The position numbers were made by a program, and so were the translations under genes. A stretch of 64,000 nucleotides of DNA from an uncultured Verrucomicrobiota bacterium (lineage in GTDB: Bacteria; Verrucomicrobiota; Verrucomicrobiia; Palsa-1439; CAYGDP01): NCBI GenBank assembly GCA_964348665.1, contig CAYGDP010000023.1, forward strand, positions 1,309-65,308. Reading direction: 5' to 3'. Each line of letters begins with the position of its first letter. The stretch's first letter is position 1. Below are positions 30,002 to 39,478 of the stretch, one piece after another. The notes beneath the pieces are model-generated. The model did not search any database, was not told the DNA's origin, and saw only the letters and a list, made by a program, of their open reading frames with translations.

Positions 30002-32590
30002 ATGAAACACTCATGCCCCATTATTTTAGTGTTCTTAAGCCTCCTCGTGGCCAACGCTTTCGGACAATCATCATCCCTCGACCTGCGCGCGGGTTGGAAA
30101 TTCTCGACTGACCCGAAAAAAATCGGCGAGATCCAGAAATGGGCAACGCCAGACTTTGACGATGCTAATTGGGCAACGATAGATGCCGGCAAGCCGTGGG
30201 AGGATCAAGGTTTTCCCGATCACGACGGCGTCGCGTGGTATCGCAAACGGGTCGAGGTTCCCGCCGATTGGACTGAGTTTTGGTTTGGCCTTGGCGGCGT
30301 GGACGATGCCTACGACCTTTTCGTCAACGGCAAGAAAGTTGCCAGCTACGGTCACAAGCGCAACTCGACTGTTTGGCAGACACCGACCGTTACCGACATC
30401 ACGGCGTTCGTCGAGAAAGGTCAGCCGATTACCTTGGCAATCCGTGTGGTGGATGCAAGTGGCACGGGAGGGTTGACCCGTGTGCCCGTCGCCATCGCGA
30501 GCAGCAAAGAATTTTTCGACACTCCTGAAGAAAAAATCCGGGCCCTGGCGCGGGCGAATCCAGCGTGGATTTTTCCCGCGTGGGCGCGTGGATCGCAACC
30601 ATCATGGACGATGATCGGCATGGCGGGCGGTCATACCAAAGCGTTGGTCGCCAACGACGCCAGCTATTCGCCGCGTCCTGGCGGATTCTCGGTGCAACAT
30701 TGGCTTTGGATGGATCATCAGCTCCATTCTCCCCAACTGAAAAATATCACGTGGCAAATGAATGATGGTTTTCTTCCGATGCCAATTGCAATTTGGCAGG
30801 CGGGAGAGTCCAAGGACAATGCCGTGCGCGTCACCCAACAGTGGTTCGTCTGGGGCAAAGATGTGCGCGACGATCAAGCCATGACTTTTGCGGTGGTCTC
30901 GCTCGAAAATCTCTCCGATGCGCCCAAGACCATCTCGCTGCTTACCGCGATTCGGCCTTATGCGATTACGGAAGGCATATCGCCCATCAAACAAATCTTC
31001 CGCCAAGATCGCTGGACTCTCGTGAATGGCAAACTGGCGCTCTACAGCGAGCAACCGCCTGATTCGTTTGGCGCGGCAAGTGGCGACGTGGGCGATCTAT
31101 CGGCAATCGCGCTTAGCGGACAAATGCCGGGAGGGACGCGAGCCAGCGATGAGAAGGGGATGGCCAGCGCATTGCTCAAGCACGACCTAAAAATTGAACC
31201 TCACGCCACCGTTCAGCTCTGTTTTCGTCTCCCGTTGACCGAGACCGAACCAACTGCCCCTGCGCTCGCGCTCAACGATTCGCTCGACACCGCCAAGAGC
31301 TATCAGCATGCGCATGATTTTTGGTCAACGACTCTCGGTCGCGCGAAAATCTCCATCTCAGAAAAACAATGGGCAGACGCTTACCGCGCCTCGCTCGCGT
31401 ATCTCTTGCTCTCGCTCGATGGTCAAACTTTTCGCGCGGGGCCAACCAGCGGCGAAGTTAGCGCGGGCGATGTCGTCGTGATGCTCCACGCGCTTGAAGC
31501 CGCGGGTCTCACCGAAGCTGCTGACCAAGTCATCAAGTCGTTTGCGGAGAAGAAAGAACCGAGAGCGGAGGAAATCGTTGCACTGATGAATTACTTCAAC
31601 TTTCGGTCCAACAAGGATTGGCTGGAAAAACAATTTATGAATCTTGTTTCAAGCGAAGCAAAGCTTGTTACGACTGGCGAAAACTTTTTACTTGGTTACT
31701 GGAATGTCAGTGCACTTCGCGAACTTGTGATTGCCGCCACAGTTCTTTCGAAAGAGGAGGGGGTGAAAGCTCTTTCTCAACTTGCGAAAGCAGGTGCTCA
31801 CGAAACAAAAGATAAAATCGATTTGGCGATGGAAAGTAATAAGTCGGCGTTAATTCCAGCCAGGTTTGATGACCTGCCAAACTCTGAGGCAGCAGTGTTT
31901 ACGAGTGCGGGAGTTTGGCCATGCGAATTTCATATTCTCAATGGTTCTTTGAACGATGTGTGGCTCAATAGATCTTTTGAGGGCTACTGGCATCGCTTTG
32001 TCCGCCCCAACGATGGCGGTTTTATGCATCACGGTCGGATTTGGCCGGCGCACGGATTGAATTTTGCCAATGCGATGATGCGATTGGGCAAACGTCAGGA
32101 ATCGGTAAAGATCGCGCGCTGGCATTTGGCGCACGAGAGTTTTCCGAGTCTGCACGCATGGGCGGAACAGATTGGGCGCGGCGATAAATCGCGGTTTGTG
32201 GGCGGTGAACTGCCCAGCGCCGTCACGGCGGCGGCCTACTCGAATCTGTTTCGCGCAATGTTCGTTTATGAGCGTGGCGAGCAACTGGTGCTGGCGGCGG
32301 GAGTGCCACTGGATTGGTTCACGAAAGCGAATTACACGGTGGAAATTTCCGATTGGCCGACCCATTTCGGCAAGCTCGGGTATCGGATGAGCTACGATCC
32401 AGCGGCGAAAATTCTGCGTCTGACCTTGACGGGCGCGGCGAAACCACCAAACGGTTTCGAGTTACACCCGCCGATGGGCGCGTATGTGAAGGGCGCGGAA
32501 TTCGACGGCAAATCAGCGGACGAGAAATCCTATACCAAGGATTTCGTCACGATCCCCGCCGACGTGAGGGCGATTGCCGTAAAATTTTGA
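30002..32590 (+). CDS. Secreted putative glycoside hydrolase. It has an N-terminal GH2-type sugar-binding jelly-roll-like domain and a large helical catalytic-like region.
   Basis: Signal peptide 'MKHSCPIILVFLSLLVANAFG'. 'GWKFSTDP...WATIDAGKPWEDQGFPDHDGVAWYRKRVEVPADW...GGVDDAYDLFVNGKKV' matches the GH2 N-terminal beta-sandwich pattern. Family is not resolved. Confidence 0.55.
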   Translation: MKHSCPIILVFLSLLVANAFGQSSSLDLRAGWKFSTDPKKIGEIQKWATPDFDDANWATIDAGKPWEDQGFPDHDGVAWYRKRVEVPADWTEFWFGLGGVDDAYDLFVNGKKVASYGHKRNSTVWQTPTVTDITAFVEKGQPITLAIRVVDASGTGGLTRVPVAIASSKEFFDTPEEKIRALARANPAWIFPAWARGSQPSWTMIGMAGGHTKALVANDASYSPRPGGFSVQHWLWMDHQLHSPQLKNITWQMNDGFLPMPIAIWQAGESKDNAVRVTQQWFVWGKDVRDDQAMTFAVVSLENLSDAPKTISLLTAIRPYAITEGISPIKQIFRQDRWTLVNGKLALYSEQPPDSFGAASGDVGDLSAIALSGQMPGGTRASDEKGMASALLKHDLKIEPHATVQLCFRLPLTETEPTAPALALNDSLDTAKSYQHAHDFWSTTLGRAKISISEKQWADAYRASLAYLLLSLDGQTFRAGPTSGEVSAGDVVVMLHALEAAGLTEAADQVIKSFAEKKEPRAEEIVALMNYFNFRSNKDWLEKQFMNLVSSEAKLVTTGENFLLGYWNVSALRELVIAATVLSKEEGVKALSQLAKAGAHETKDKIDLAMESNKSALIPARFDDLPNSEAAVFTSAGVWPCEFHILNGSLNDVWLNRSFEGYWHRFVRPNDGGFMHHGRIWPAHGLNFANAMMRLGKRQESVKIARWHLAHESFPSLHAWAEQIGRGDKSRFVGGELPSAVTAAAYSNLFRAMFVYERGEQLVLAAGVPLDWFTKANYTVEISDWPTHFGKLGYRMSYDPAAKILRLTLTGAAKPPNGFELHPPMGAYVKGAEFDGKSADEKSYTKDFVTIPADVRAIAVKF

Positions 32591-32759
32591 ACCACGAAAG
32601 ATCGCGAATGGACGCGAAAGGATTATGGAGTGCGCCGATTCACCTGCCGCGACGTGCGCGAGCACGGCGGGTCGGCGCTTTGTCTTGGCGCGATTGATCG
32701 CGCCATTTCGTCGACAAGTCGGAAGATGGGAAAACGACAATGGACCGTCGCGCTGCAAA

Positions 32760-35312
32760 TCAGTAGTGCAAAGTAAACCCCGTCACGCAAACTGCATCCT
32801 TGTGCGCCTTGCGGCTGACGGAATCCACGAGGAAAAGCGTTTCGAACTTGATTGGGTAGTGGATGATGCCATCGTTCGCGCCGCCCCAATGTCCCATCGT
32901 GGCTGTGTCCGCGAGCGCCATGGTTACGTAGCGCCAACCAGCGAAATCTAGCTTTGTTTCTGCCGTTGGCTGAAAAGTTTGACCGGTTGTGTCCACAAAG
33001 CGGCATCGGATTACATCCCCCACAGGCAGGGACGCCTGTGCCACGGATAAACGATGGACCCAGACACCCAACGATTTTGGCTTGTCCGCAATGGCCACCG
33101 GCTCTTTTGGCGCGAGCAGTAAAAACCGCCATCCATCGCCGAATTCGTAATCAATGCGGGCGGCGCTCGGAAACGGCGGATTATCTCCCGCGGATTTTCC
33201 TCTGGTAAGTACTGCCTTGCCAGCCACCTTCGCGTCGCCGTCGACCTGTGCCCGATACTGGTGACTGCGATTGTCGTCGAACACCTCGACGAGGCGGATG
33301 ATTGTGTTATGCACCAAATCGGCCTCCATCAGTTTTTTTTCCTTTGGCGGCGATAGCCAGTAATCAAACCGCAATGATGTTTCTCGGGGGAGCAACAGTC
33401 CCGTCGAGATTGGCAAGGTCGTCTCTTGCTGTCCTGGTTTGAAGACAAGAGCTGCTGTTCGCGATACGGCGTGTCCCACTGTCCAATGAAGCTCTCCTTT
33501 CATTGGTTCTCCGCTGGGATTTGACGCGATGACTCGGACTTCCAGATTACCGTTTGCGTCGGCGGCGGGAGCGGCACGAAGGAGAACTGTGTTACCGACG
33601 GTGAACTCGACGGCGTTGGTAAGCAAAAACTTAGGCGAGTCGATTTGTAGTTCGACAGGCACGATTAACTGATCGCTGTCCCGTCGGGTCATCGCACCCC
33701 GCCATTCGTAAGAAGCGGTTTGCTTCGCTTTGATTTGATGTGAGGCAAACTTTTCCCAGCCATTTTCGCCTTTTGCGCGAAGCACGAATTGTAAAGTTCT
33801 TTCGAATGGATTGGATACAGTAACAGTGAATCGCGGCGCGTCCTTGTCCTTCGCTGGCACTCCAGCGCTGATGAGTGGATTATCGACGTTTACGCGCCAC
33901 GCGGCTTCGAGGGCGAGGCGGTCATTCTGCCCCGTCCATGATAAGAACTGCGGGTTTTGCGTGAGCGTTAGCTTGTATTGGTTTTCTTCTGCGGGTAGCG
34001 GTTTGGTTTCGCCCATGAGCGAGGCAACTGTGACTTCGGTTTTGGAGTGCGCGAGCTTGCTCGCGCTTTGCTGTATCTTTAATTCCGAGAAAAGCGGCAG
34101 CAAGCTCGCGCACTCCAAAACAATCTCGTGCTCTTTTCCCGTCGTCCAAGCGACGAGGCGTTGCTCTTTGCCGCGGGTGAAGAGCAGCACGTAGTCATCG
34201 GTCGATTTTTGTGGAATCCGTTTTGCGAATTCGTGTCTACGTAATTGTTCAATGAAAGTCTTTGCAGCGAGATAACTTGGTTTTGGCTGCCAATCTTTGT
34301 ATTGCACCGTGCCGAAGTTGTGCTCGTTTTCTTTGGGGTCAGGACCATCGTCATGCCAGTCGTACCAAATGGAGAGCGGGATGCCGTTGGCAAGGTTCGT
34401 CAGCCATTGGCGAGCCAGATATTGGGCTTGTTGTTCTCGCGATTTGCCGCTGGCGTGAGTCGAATATCCCCATTCCCCGCTAATGATCGGGATAGATTTC
34501 GCGCCTTTCGCGTTTTTCGTGGTTGAATACTTCGCAATCAACGCCCGCAGCTTGCTGTATTCGCGTTCGACAGTTTCAGGATTGCTTCCCCGGTAGGGAT
34601 GGACGCTGACGGCGTCCAGATGATCGAGCAGACCTTTCTCAAACACGCGCTCCAGAAATTTCAAATCAATTTCCGAAGTGGCCGGTCCGATGATGGTGCA
34701 TAGCGGGTCGGCCTCGCGCATGGCTTTGCACGCTTGAATGGCCATCGCGGCGTAGTCGTCGGCGTTGGGGTTGAGTTTCCAGAATTGCGAGATGTTCGGC
34801 TCGTTCCAGATTTCCCAAATGATGCTGCGACCATTCGGAAAATCTTTGTAGTGAGAGACGGCGGCGGCGCAAAACTTTGCGAAGGCTGTTCGCGCTTCCT
34901 CGGTCACGGGTGGATTCATTGGCGCGCCGGTGTAAATCGGATTGCCGTAATCGAGGATGAACAAGGCTCGGATCTTTCGTTCCGAGAGGCCATTTAACAG
35001 TTGGTCATAGGCTCTAAAATCGTATTCGCCCCGTTTGCGCTCGACGCCGCTCCACGTGAAGTCCATTCGCACAAAACCAAATCCAGCGGCGGCGATGAGG
35101 TCGAGGTCGCGTTTGGGTGCGCCGGTGAAGTGAATGTTGACGCCGACGGCATCGGGCACGCGAAGAGAGGGAATGCCAGTCGAGAGTGGATCTGCCGCGT
35201 GGAGAGGGAGGAGGGAGGAGAGAAGGGTGAGTACTGCAATAATATTTTTTAACCACGAAAGCACGCGAATGGACGCGAATACAGAGCAACCTTCGTGTGA
35301 ATTCGTGTTCAT
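32760..35312 (-). CDS. Secreted clan GH-A glycoside hydrolase (GH5/GH39-like) with a ~450-aa C-terminal extension. Alternative start is GTG 35264, giving a clean signal peptide.
   Basis: 'IIWEIWNEPN' catalytic acid block and the (beta/alpha)8-type N-terminal region. Signal 'LSWLKNIIAVLTLLSSLLPLHAADP'. Confidence 0.65.
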   Translation of the reverse strand: MNTNSHEGCSVFASIRVLSWLKNIIAVLTLLSSLLPLHAADPLSTGIPSLRVPDAVGVNIHFTGAPKRDLDLIAAAGFGFVRMDFTWSGVERKRGEYDFRAYDQLLNGLSERKIRALFILDYGNPIYTGAPMNPPVTEEARTAFAKFCAAAVSHYKDFPNGRSIIWEIWNEPNISQFWKLNPNADDYAAMAIQACKAMREADPLCTIIGPATSEIDLKFLERVFEKGLLDHLDAVSVHPYRGSNPETVEREYSKLRALIAKYSTTKNAKGAKSIPIISGEWGYSTHASGKSREQQAQYLARQWLTNLANGIPLSIWYDWHDDGPDPKENEHNFGTVQYKDWQPKPSYLAAKTFIEQLRRHEFAKRIPQKSTDDYVLLFTRGKEQRLVAWTTGKEHEIVLECASLLPLFSELKIQQSASKLAHSKTEVTVASLMGETKPLPAEENQYKLTLTQNPQFLSWTGQNDRLALEAAWRVNVDNPLISAGVPAKDKDAPRFTVTVSNPFERTLQFVLRAKGENGWEKFASHQIKAKQTASYEWRGAMTRRDSDQLIVPVELQIDSPKFLLTNAVEFTVGNTVLLRAAPAADANGNLEVRVIASNPSGEPMKGELHWTVGHAVSRTAALVFKPGQQETTLPISTGLLLPRETSLRFDYWLSPPKEKKLMEADLVHNTIIRLVEVFDDNRSHQYRAQVDGDAKVAGKAVLTRGKSAGDNPPFPSAARIDYEFGDGWRFLLLAPKEPVAIADKPKSLGVWVHRLSVAQASLPVGDVIRCRFVDTTGQTFQPTAETKLDFAGWRYVTMALADTATMGHWGGANDGIIHYPIKFETLFLVDSVSRKAHKDAVCVTGFTLHY

Positions 35313-35318
35313 TCGGGG

Positions 35319-36167
35319 TCAAACATAAACCCGCTTCATATACTCGATGGATTGCCGCGCGATGGTTTCGGGGTCTGGCGTGTAGTCGAAGACTTCCACA
35401 CTGACGTAGCCTTTGTATCCAATCTCGCGCAGCGCCGCAGCAATCGGCGCGTGGTCCACATCGCCTTGCCCAGGGCCGCGCAGGTTTGGATCGTTGGCGT
35501 GGAAGTGACGCAGCAGATTTCCATGTGAACGGATGATATCGGGAATGGGCGTGCCTTCGTCCGTCATGGCTTTCACATCGAGGTGCAGCGCGCAACGGGG
35601 ATGATTCACCGTGGCGGCCAGCCACGCGCCTTCCGCGGCGGTATTGATGAAGTTGGTTTCTTTGCGTCCGAGCGGTTCGATGCAGAGGGTTACGCCGCGG
35701 GCTTCGCAGCGGGGCATCACGCCGCGAAAAATTTCCGCCGCAAATTCCAATCCTTGCTGTTTGGTGATGCCGTCGGCAAGATTTCGTTGTTTGGGCGAAC
35801 CCCAAACGAGCAACGTGCCGCCGACATCGGCGCAGAAATCCACCAGCGCTTCGGTATACTCGCGAGTAGCTTTTCGGACAGCGGAATCGGGCGAGGTCAG
35901 ATGCAGGCCTTGTGTTTGCACCAATAGCCAGTGCAGCCCGACAATCTTGAGTCCAGCATCCTCGGCGGTTTTGCGGATGACATCGCGTTTTGCCGGTGTG
36001 ATGCTGCGGACGGCGACTTCCGGGTGCGAATAGAAGGTGAACGGGGCAAGTTCAACGGCTTGATAACCGAGGGTGGCGGCACAACGGCAGGTTTTGGAAA
36101 AGCTCCAATGCTGAAACGTCGTGCTCGAGAGCGGCGCGAACGTCTCATTGCAAATGGCGAAGTTCAT
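35319..36167 (-). CDS. Sugar phosphate isomerase/epimerase (xylose-isomerase-like TIM barrel). Start is ATG 36167; the track ORF is over-extended.
   Basis: 'MNFAICNETF...' and a TIM-barrel pattern with conserved acidic and His residues ('HLDVKAM', 'EVFDYTPD'). Confidence 0.7.
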   Translation of the reverse strand: MNFAICNETFAPLSSTTFQHWSFSKTCRCAATLGYQAVELAPFTFYSHPEVAVRSITPAKRDVIRKTAEDAGLKIVGLHWLLVQTQGLHLTSPDSAVRKATREYTEALVDFCADVGGTLLVWGSPKQRNLADGITKQQGLEFAAEIFRGVMPRCEARGVTLCIEPLGRKETNFINTAAEGAWLAATVNHPRCALHLDVKAMTDEGTPIPDIIRSHGNLLRHFHANDPNLRGPGQGDVDHAPIAAALREIGYKGYVSVEVFDYTPDPETIARQSIEYMKRVYV

Positions 36168-36198
36168 AACGCTAAGTAGACCCGATCGGTTGTGAGTT

Positions 36199-37008
36199 TC
36201 ATGACGGTCTCGACCCAAAAAAGTCTTCGTACGCGTAATACGTAGCGCCAATGGCAAGGGGGATGGTGACAAAAATGCCGATGCCGCACGCCAGAACACC
36301 CGCAATGCCAACCAGCGTCGTTAACAGCAGCAGCCCGAAGACGGTGAACCAATGTTTGGTGGCCACCTTACGGCTCAATTCCATTGCCGGCCAGAAATCC
36401 ATGCGTCGGTCGGCGATGAGCGGCACCGTGAACCACCAAATCACTGCCAAAAATACTCCCGGCAAAATCAATAACCCGCAGCCGAGCGTCGTTAACAATG
36501 CGGCAATCAACCAACCGAGAAATAGGTGCAGGCCCGCTACCGAAAACCCCGAAAAGGCATCGCCCAAAGTTGCTGGCTGGTTACGGATGAGTTTGAGATA
36601 CAACAAGGCAAGCCCGCCCAGAAACGGTCCGCTGATGATCCAGCCAATCTGTGTCCAGCCGAGTAATACTAAGATTATCAGGATTAACGCGGTCGAGCCA
36701 ACAACCAACGCAAAATTGGTTTTCAACAATTGCCAACTCCGCCCAAAACAGCTCGAGATATCCAGTTGAAAGTCTCCTTGCATTGGATCGCGGTGAGGGG
36801 GTGGCGACGATGACGAGGATGGCGTTGGCGATTTTGTGCCGACAGCCTCGGCAAATTCCACAAGCTCTTTCAGGGGTTTCCAATCGGCGCTGCCTTCGAG
36901 TTGCACGCGGGTCTCGCCGGTGGCGCGTCCGTCGGCAATCCATTTGCGCAGTTGATCGGCCGAGACCGGCCCGTATTCGCGTCCATCACCACCGATGATT
37001 TTATACAT
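36199..37008 (-). CDS. Membrane protein with an N-terminal GYF-like DUF4339 domain and 5-6 TM helices
   Basis: 'MYKIIGGDGREYGPVSADQLRKWIADGRATGETRVQLEGSADWKPL' is the DUF4339 signature. The hydrophobic C-terminal half is read directly. Confidence 0.6.
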   Translation of the reverse strand: MYKIIGGDGREYGPVSADQLRKWIADGRATGETRVQLEGSADWKPLKELVEFAEAVGTKSPTPSSSSSPPPHRDPMQGDFQLDISSCFGRSWQLLKTNFALVVGSTALILIILVLLGWTQIGWIISGPFLGGLALLYLKLIRNQPATLGDAFSGFSVAGLHLFLGWLIAALLTTLGCGLLILPGVFLAVIWWFTVPLIADRRMDFWPAMELSRKVATKHWFTVFGLLLLTTLVGIAGVLACGIGIFVTIPLAIGATYYAYEDFFGSRPS

Positions 37009-37106
37009 GAATCGCTCCTTGTCCCGAAATGCTAGGCGAATCCGGGAGATAATTCCAGCGTGAATTTTCGCTTGAGACTGCCGTCAATAAGCGGTAGAGA
37101 ACAGCC

Positions 37107-37628
37107 ATGAAAACCACCATACTACTTGGAATTGTTTTTTTGATCGGCATGATGTTGCCGGCGTTTTCGGCCGATGCCCCCAAGGTGGGCGATGCAGCCC
37201 CGGAATTTACCACGACCGCCAGCGATGGCTCGACCGTATCGCTCAAGGATGCTCTGGCCAAAGGGCCGGTGGTGCTTTTCTTTTATCCCAAAGACGACAC
37301 ATCGGGTTGAACGCTCGAAGCGTGCGGGTTCCGCGACGCATACGATAACCTGAAGAAGGCAGGCGCGACCATTTGGGGCGCGAGCAATGACAGCCTCGAA
37401 TCGCACAAGTCGTTCATCGAGAAAAACAAATTGCCGTTTCTGCTCTTGGTGGATACGGATAAGATAATCTCGACCGCCTACGGCGCGGGCAGCAGTGGAT
37501 ACCCCAAGAGAATCACCTTCATCATCGGCAAAGACGGGAAAGTTGCCTACAGCAATCTCAACGTGAACGCCAACATCAAGGGGCATGCATCGGAAATTGT
37601 CCGGGAGTTAGAAAAGCTGGCGAAGTAA
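37107..37628 (+). CDS. bcp: Second Bcp/PrxQ-type peroxiredoxin with in-frame UGA (37308..37310) at the peroxidatic position; predicted periplasmic selenoprotein.
   Basis: Signal peptide 'MKTTILLGIVFLIGMMLPAFSA'. 'VVLFFYPKDDTSG-U-TLEACGF' with TGA at the Cys position. The same frame (37107 and 37431 are both mod 3 = 0) is open through to TAA 37626..37628. The track shows it as two fragments. Confidence 0.75.
37311..37345 (+). promoter_or_regulatory. SECIS-like stem-loop (GCGTGCGG-GTT-CCGCGAC with one bulge) immediately 3' of the second in-frame UGA
   Basis: Sequence context is ~80% identical at the nucleotide level to 5549..5585, including at synonymous positions. Confidence 0.5.
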
Positions 37629-37710
37629 TTGGAGACCAGTGCCCGGAGATGAGAGATTGGGTATTCGGACTTCGTGCTGCGAATTTCGAGTTTCCCGCGT
37701 TTTGGGGATG

Positions 37711-37794
37711 TGCCGGCGGAGGGAATCGAACCCACACGCCCTTTCGGGCACTGGATTTTGAGTCCAGCGCGTCTGCCAATTCCGCCACACCGGC
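37711..37794 (-). tRNA. tRNA-Leu (anticodon CAA), class II with a long variable arm. CCA is not encoded.
   Basis: The reverse complement reads GCCGGTG...CTGGA-CTCAAAA-TCCAG...TGCCCGAAAGGGCG...GGTTCGATTCC...CGCCGGCA. It has a 7-bp acceptor stem, anticodon loop CUCAAAA, T-loop TTCGATT. Confidence 0.8.
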
Positions 37795-37859
37795 GTCCAG
37801 TTTGGAAAATAACTGACAGGTGGCTATATCGCAAGTGGAAAATCGATCCCTTGCGCGAA

Positions 37860-38591
37860 ATGAAGATTGGGTTTAGTTTTCCCTGCATCAACGAAAGGTT
37901 TATGGCGACGAATCCATTTCCCTCGCAGAGCCGATTTCTTGCCTTTCCACCGATGCGCCGGGTCGCTGTATTGCTAGTTTGTGGTGCGGCTTTGGTTTGC
38001 ATCGGATTCGGCGTTCGCGCCTCTCGACGGCCAAAGGAATTACCTGCAACAGATTCAAAAACAGGATTGGCTGCCGTTGAAGTTGTCATCAACCAGGTTG
38101 CGACGAGCGATTTTGGGCGCACTCCGCGCGGCGATCAACTGACCCGTCGCGCCCGTGAGCTTTTGCGCTCGGGGCGCATTCGATTTACGGATGCGCTTGG
38201 TGTGGATGCCTTGTACCAAAAGGAGCGGATTACAGGTGGCATCCTGTATATCGTCGTCGAGCGCGTGCCGCGCGGGTTTTTGTGGCCTGCCACGGATGAA
38301 CTGGCTCGACGTCTGTATCACGAAACTTTGCATTCGGTCGTGGAGACTCGTGTGGCATCCCAAGAGGAGGAATGCGACGGATTTTGTGCAGCGGAGGAAG
38401 CGGCGGCCGCGGTTGAGAACCGCGCCCCGCAGTATCCGGTCACGCGCGACGGGGAACGGATTTGGGAATGGGTGCAAACGACGTATTCCAAATTACCCTC
38501 GGATCCGACCTATCAACCTGTTGGCTACAGTCTGGCAGAGCTAGCAGCGCGAACCGGTATCCCGCATGCGTTAGCGGCGAAATCGCCGTGA
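37860..38591 (+). CDS. Hypothetical protein; start uncertain (ATG 37860 or later)
   Basis: ORF with a hydrophobic segment 'VAVLLVCGAALVCIGF'. The track ORF's 5' part overlaps the tRNA and is not credible. Confidence 0.35.
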   Translation: MKIGFSFPCINERFMATNPFPSQSRFLAFPPMRRVAVLLVCGAALVCIGFGVRASRRPKELPATDSKTGLAAVEVVINQVATSDFGRTPRGDQLTRRARELLRSGRIRFTDALGVDALYQKERITGGILYIVVERVPRGFLWPATDELARRLYHETLHSVVETRVASQEEECDGFCAAEEAAAAVENRAPQYPVTRDGERIWEWVQTTYSKLPSDPTYQPVGYSLAELAARTGIPHALAAKSP

Positions 38592-38653
38592 AGGGAAAGA
38601 TTTCGAGCGGAAAATCTTTGCGTTGTGGGGTTTTGCAAGTAGAGTAGCGGGAA

Positions 38654-39478
38654 ATGAAGCCCCGGATTGTCAAAGTCGGGAAACTGGAGATCGGGCGCGG
38701 CCGACCGCTGACGCTCATCGCCGGACCGTGTGTGATCGAGAGCGAGCGCGCATGTCTTCGGCAGGCGGAATGGATGGCCGAGTGGGCGCGGCGCGACAAG
38801 GTGCCGCTGATTTTTAAGGCCAGCTACGACAAGGCAAACCGCAGTTCGCACAAGAGTTTTCGCGGCGTCGGTTTGCAGGCGGGTGTGGATATTTTGCGGC
38901 GGGTCAAGGCCGAGCTTGGATTGCCGGTGTTGACAGATGTGCATCGCGAGGATCATGCCGATATTGTGGGCGAGGTGGCGGACGTGCTGCAAATCCCTGC
39001 GTTTTTGTGTCGGCAAACGGATTTGCTGGTGGCAACGGCGGTGACCGGGTGCGTGGTGAATGTGAAGAAGGGACAGTTTCTTTCGCCGCAAGAAATGGGA
39101 AATATCGTGGAGAAACTGAAGGTAGCTGGGGCGAGTGGAATCTTGTTGACGGAGCGGGGGACGACGTTTGGGTTTCATAATCTTGTTGTGGATATGCGCG
39201 GGTTGCCGGTGATGCAACGGTTTGGCTGGCCGGTGGTGTTTGACGCGACGCACAGCACGCAGTCTCCGGGCGGTCTTGGTGATCGTTCGGGCGGCGATCG
39301 CTCGATGGCGTCCGTGCTGGCGCGAGCGGCGGTCGCGGCGGGATGCGATGCGGTGTTTGTGGAGGTGCATCCGCGTCCGGAGCGGGCATTGTCGGATGCG
39401 GCGACGCAGTTGCCTCTATCGAAATTGCCACGATTATTCGAAATGCTGCGCGAAATTCATGGAATTGTGAACGAATGA
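38654..39478 (+). CDS. kdsA: 3-deoxy-8-phosphooctulonate (KDO-8-P) synthase
   Basis: 'LTLIAGPCVIES', 'LIFKASYDKANRSS' and overall DAHP-synthase-I fold of 274 aa. Confidence 0.9.
   Translation: MKPRIVKVGKLEIGRGRPLTLIAGPCVIESERACLRQAEWMAEWARRDKVPLIFKASYDKANRSSHKSFRGVGLQAGVDILRRVKAELGLPVLTDVHREDHADIVGEVADVLQIPAFLCRQTDLLVATAVTGCVVNVKKGQFLSPQEMGNIVEKLKVAGASGILLTERGTTFGFHNLVVDMRGLPVMQRFGWPVVFDATHSTQSPGGLGDRSGGDRSMASVLARAAVAAGCDAVFVEVHPRPERALSDAATQLPLSKLPRLFEMLREIHGIVNE

Noticed and set aside
37674-37859. 5' portion of the track ORF 37674..38591
   Set aside because: It overlaps the tRNA-Leu gene on the opposite strand. A plausible protein start is at or after 37860.
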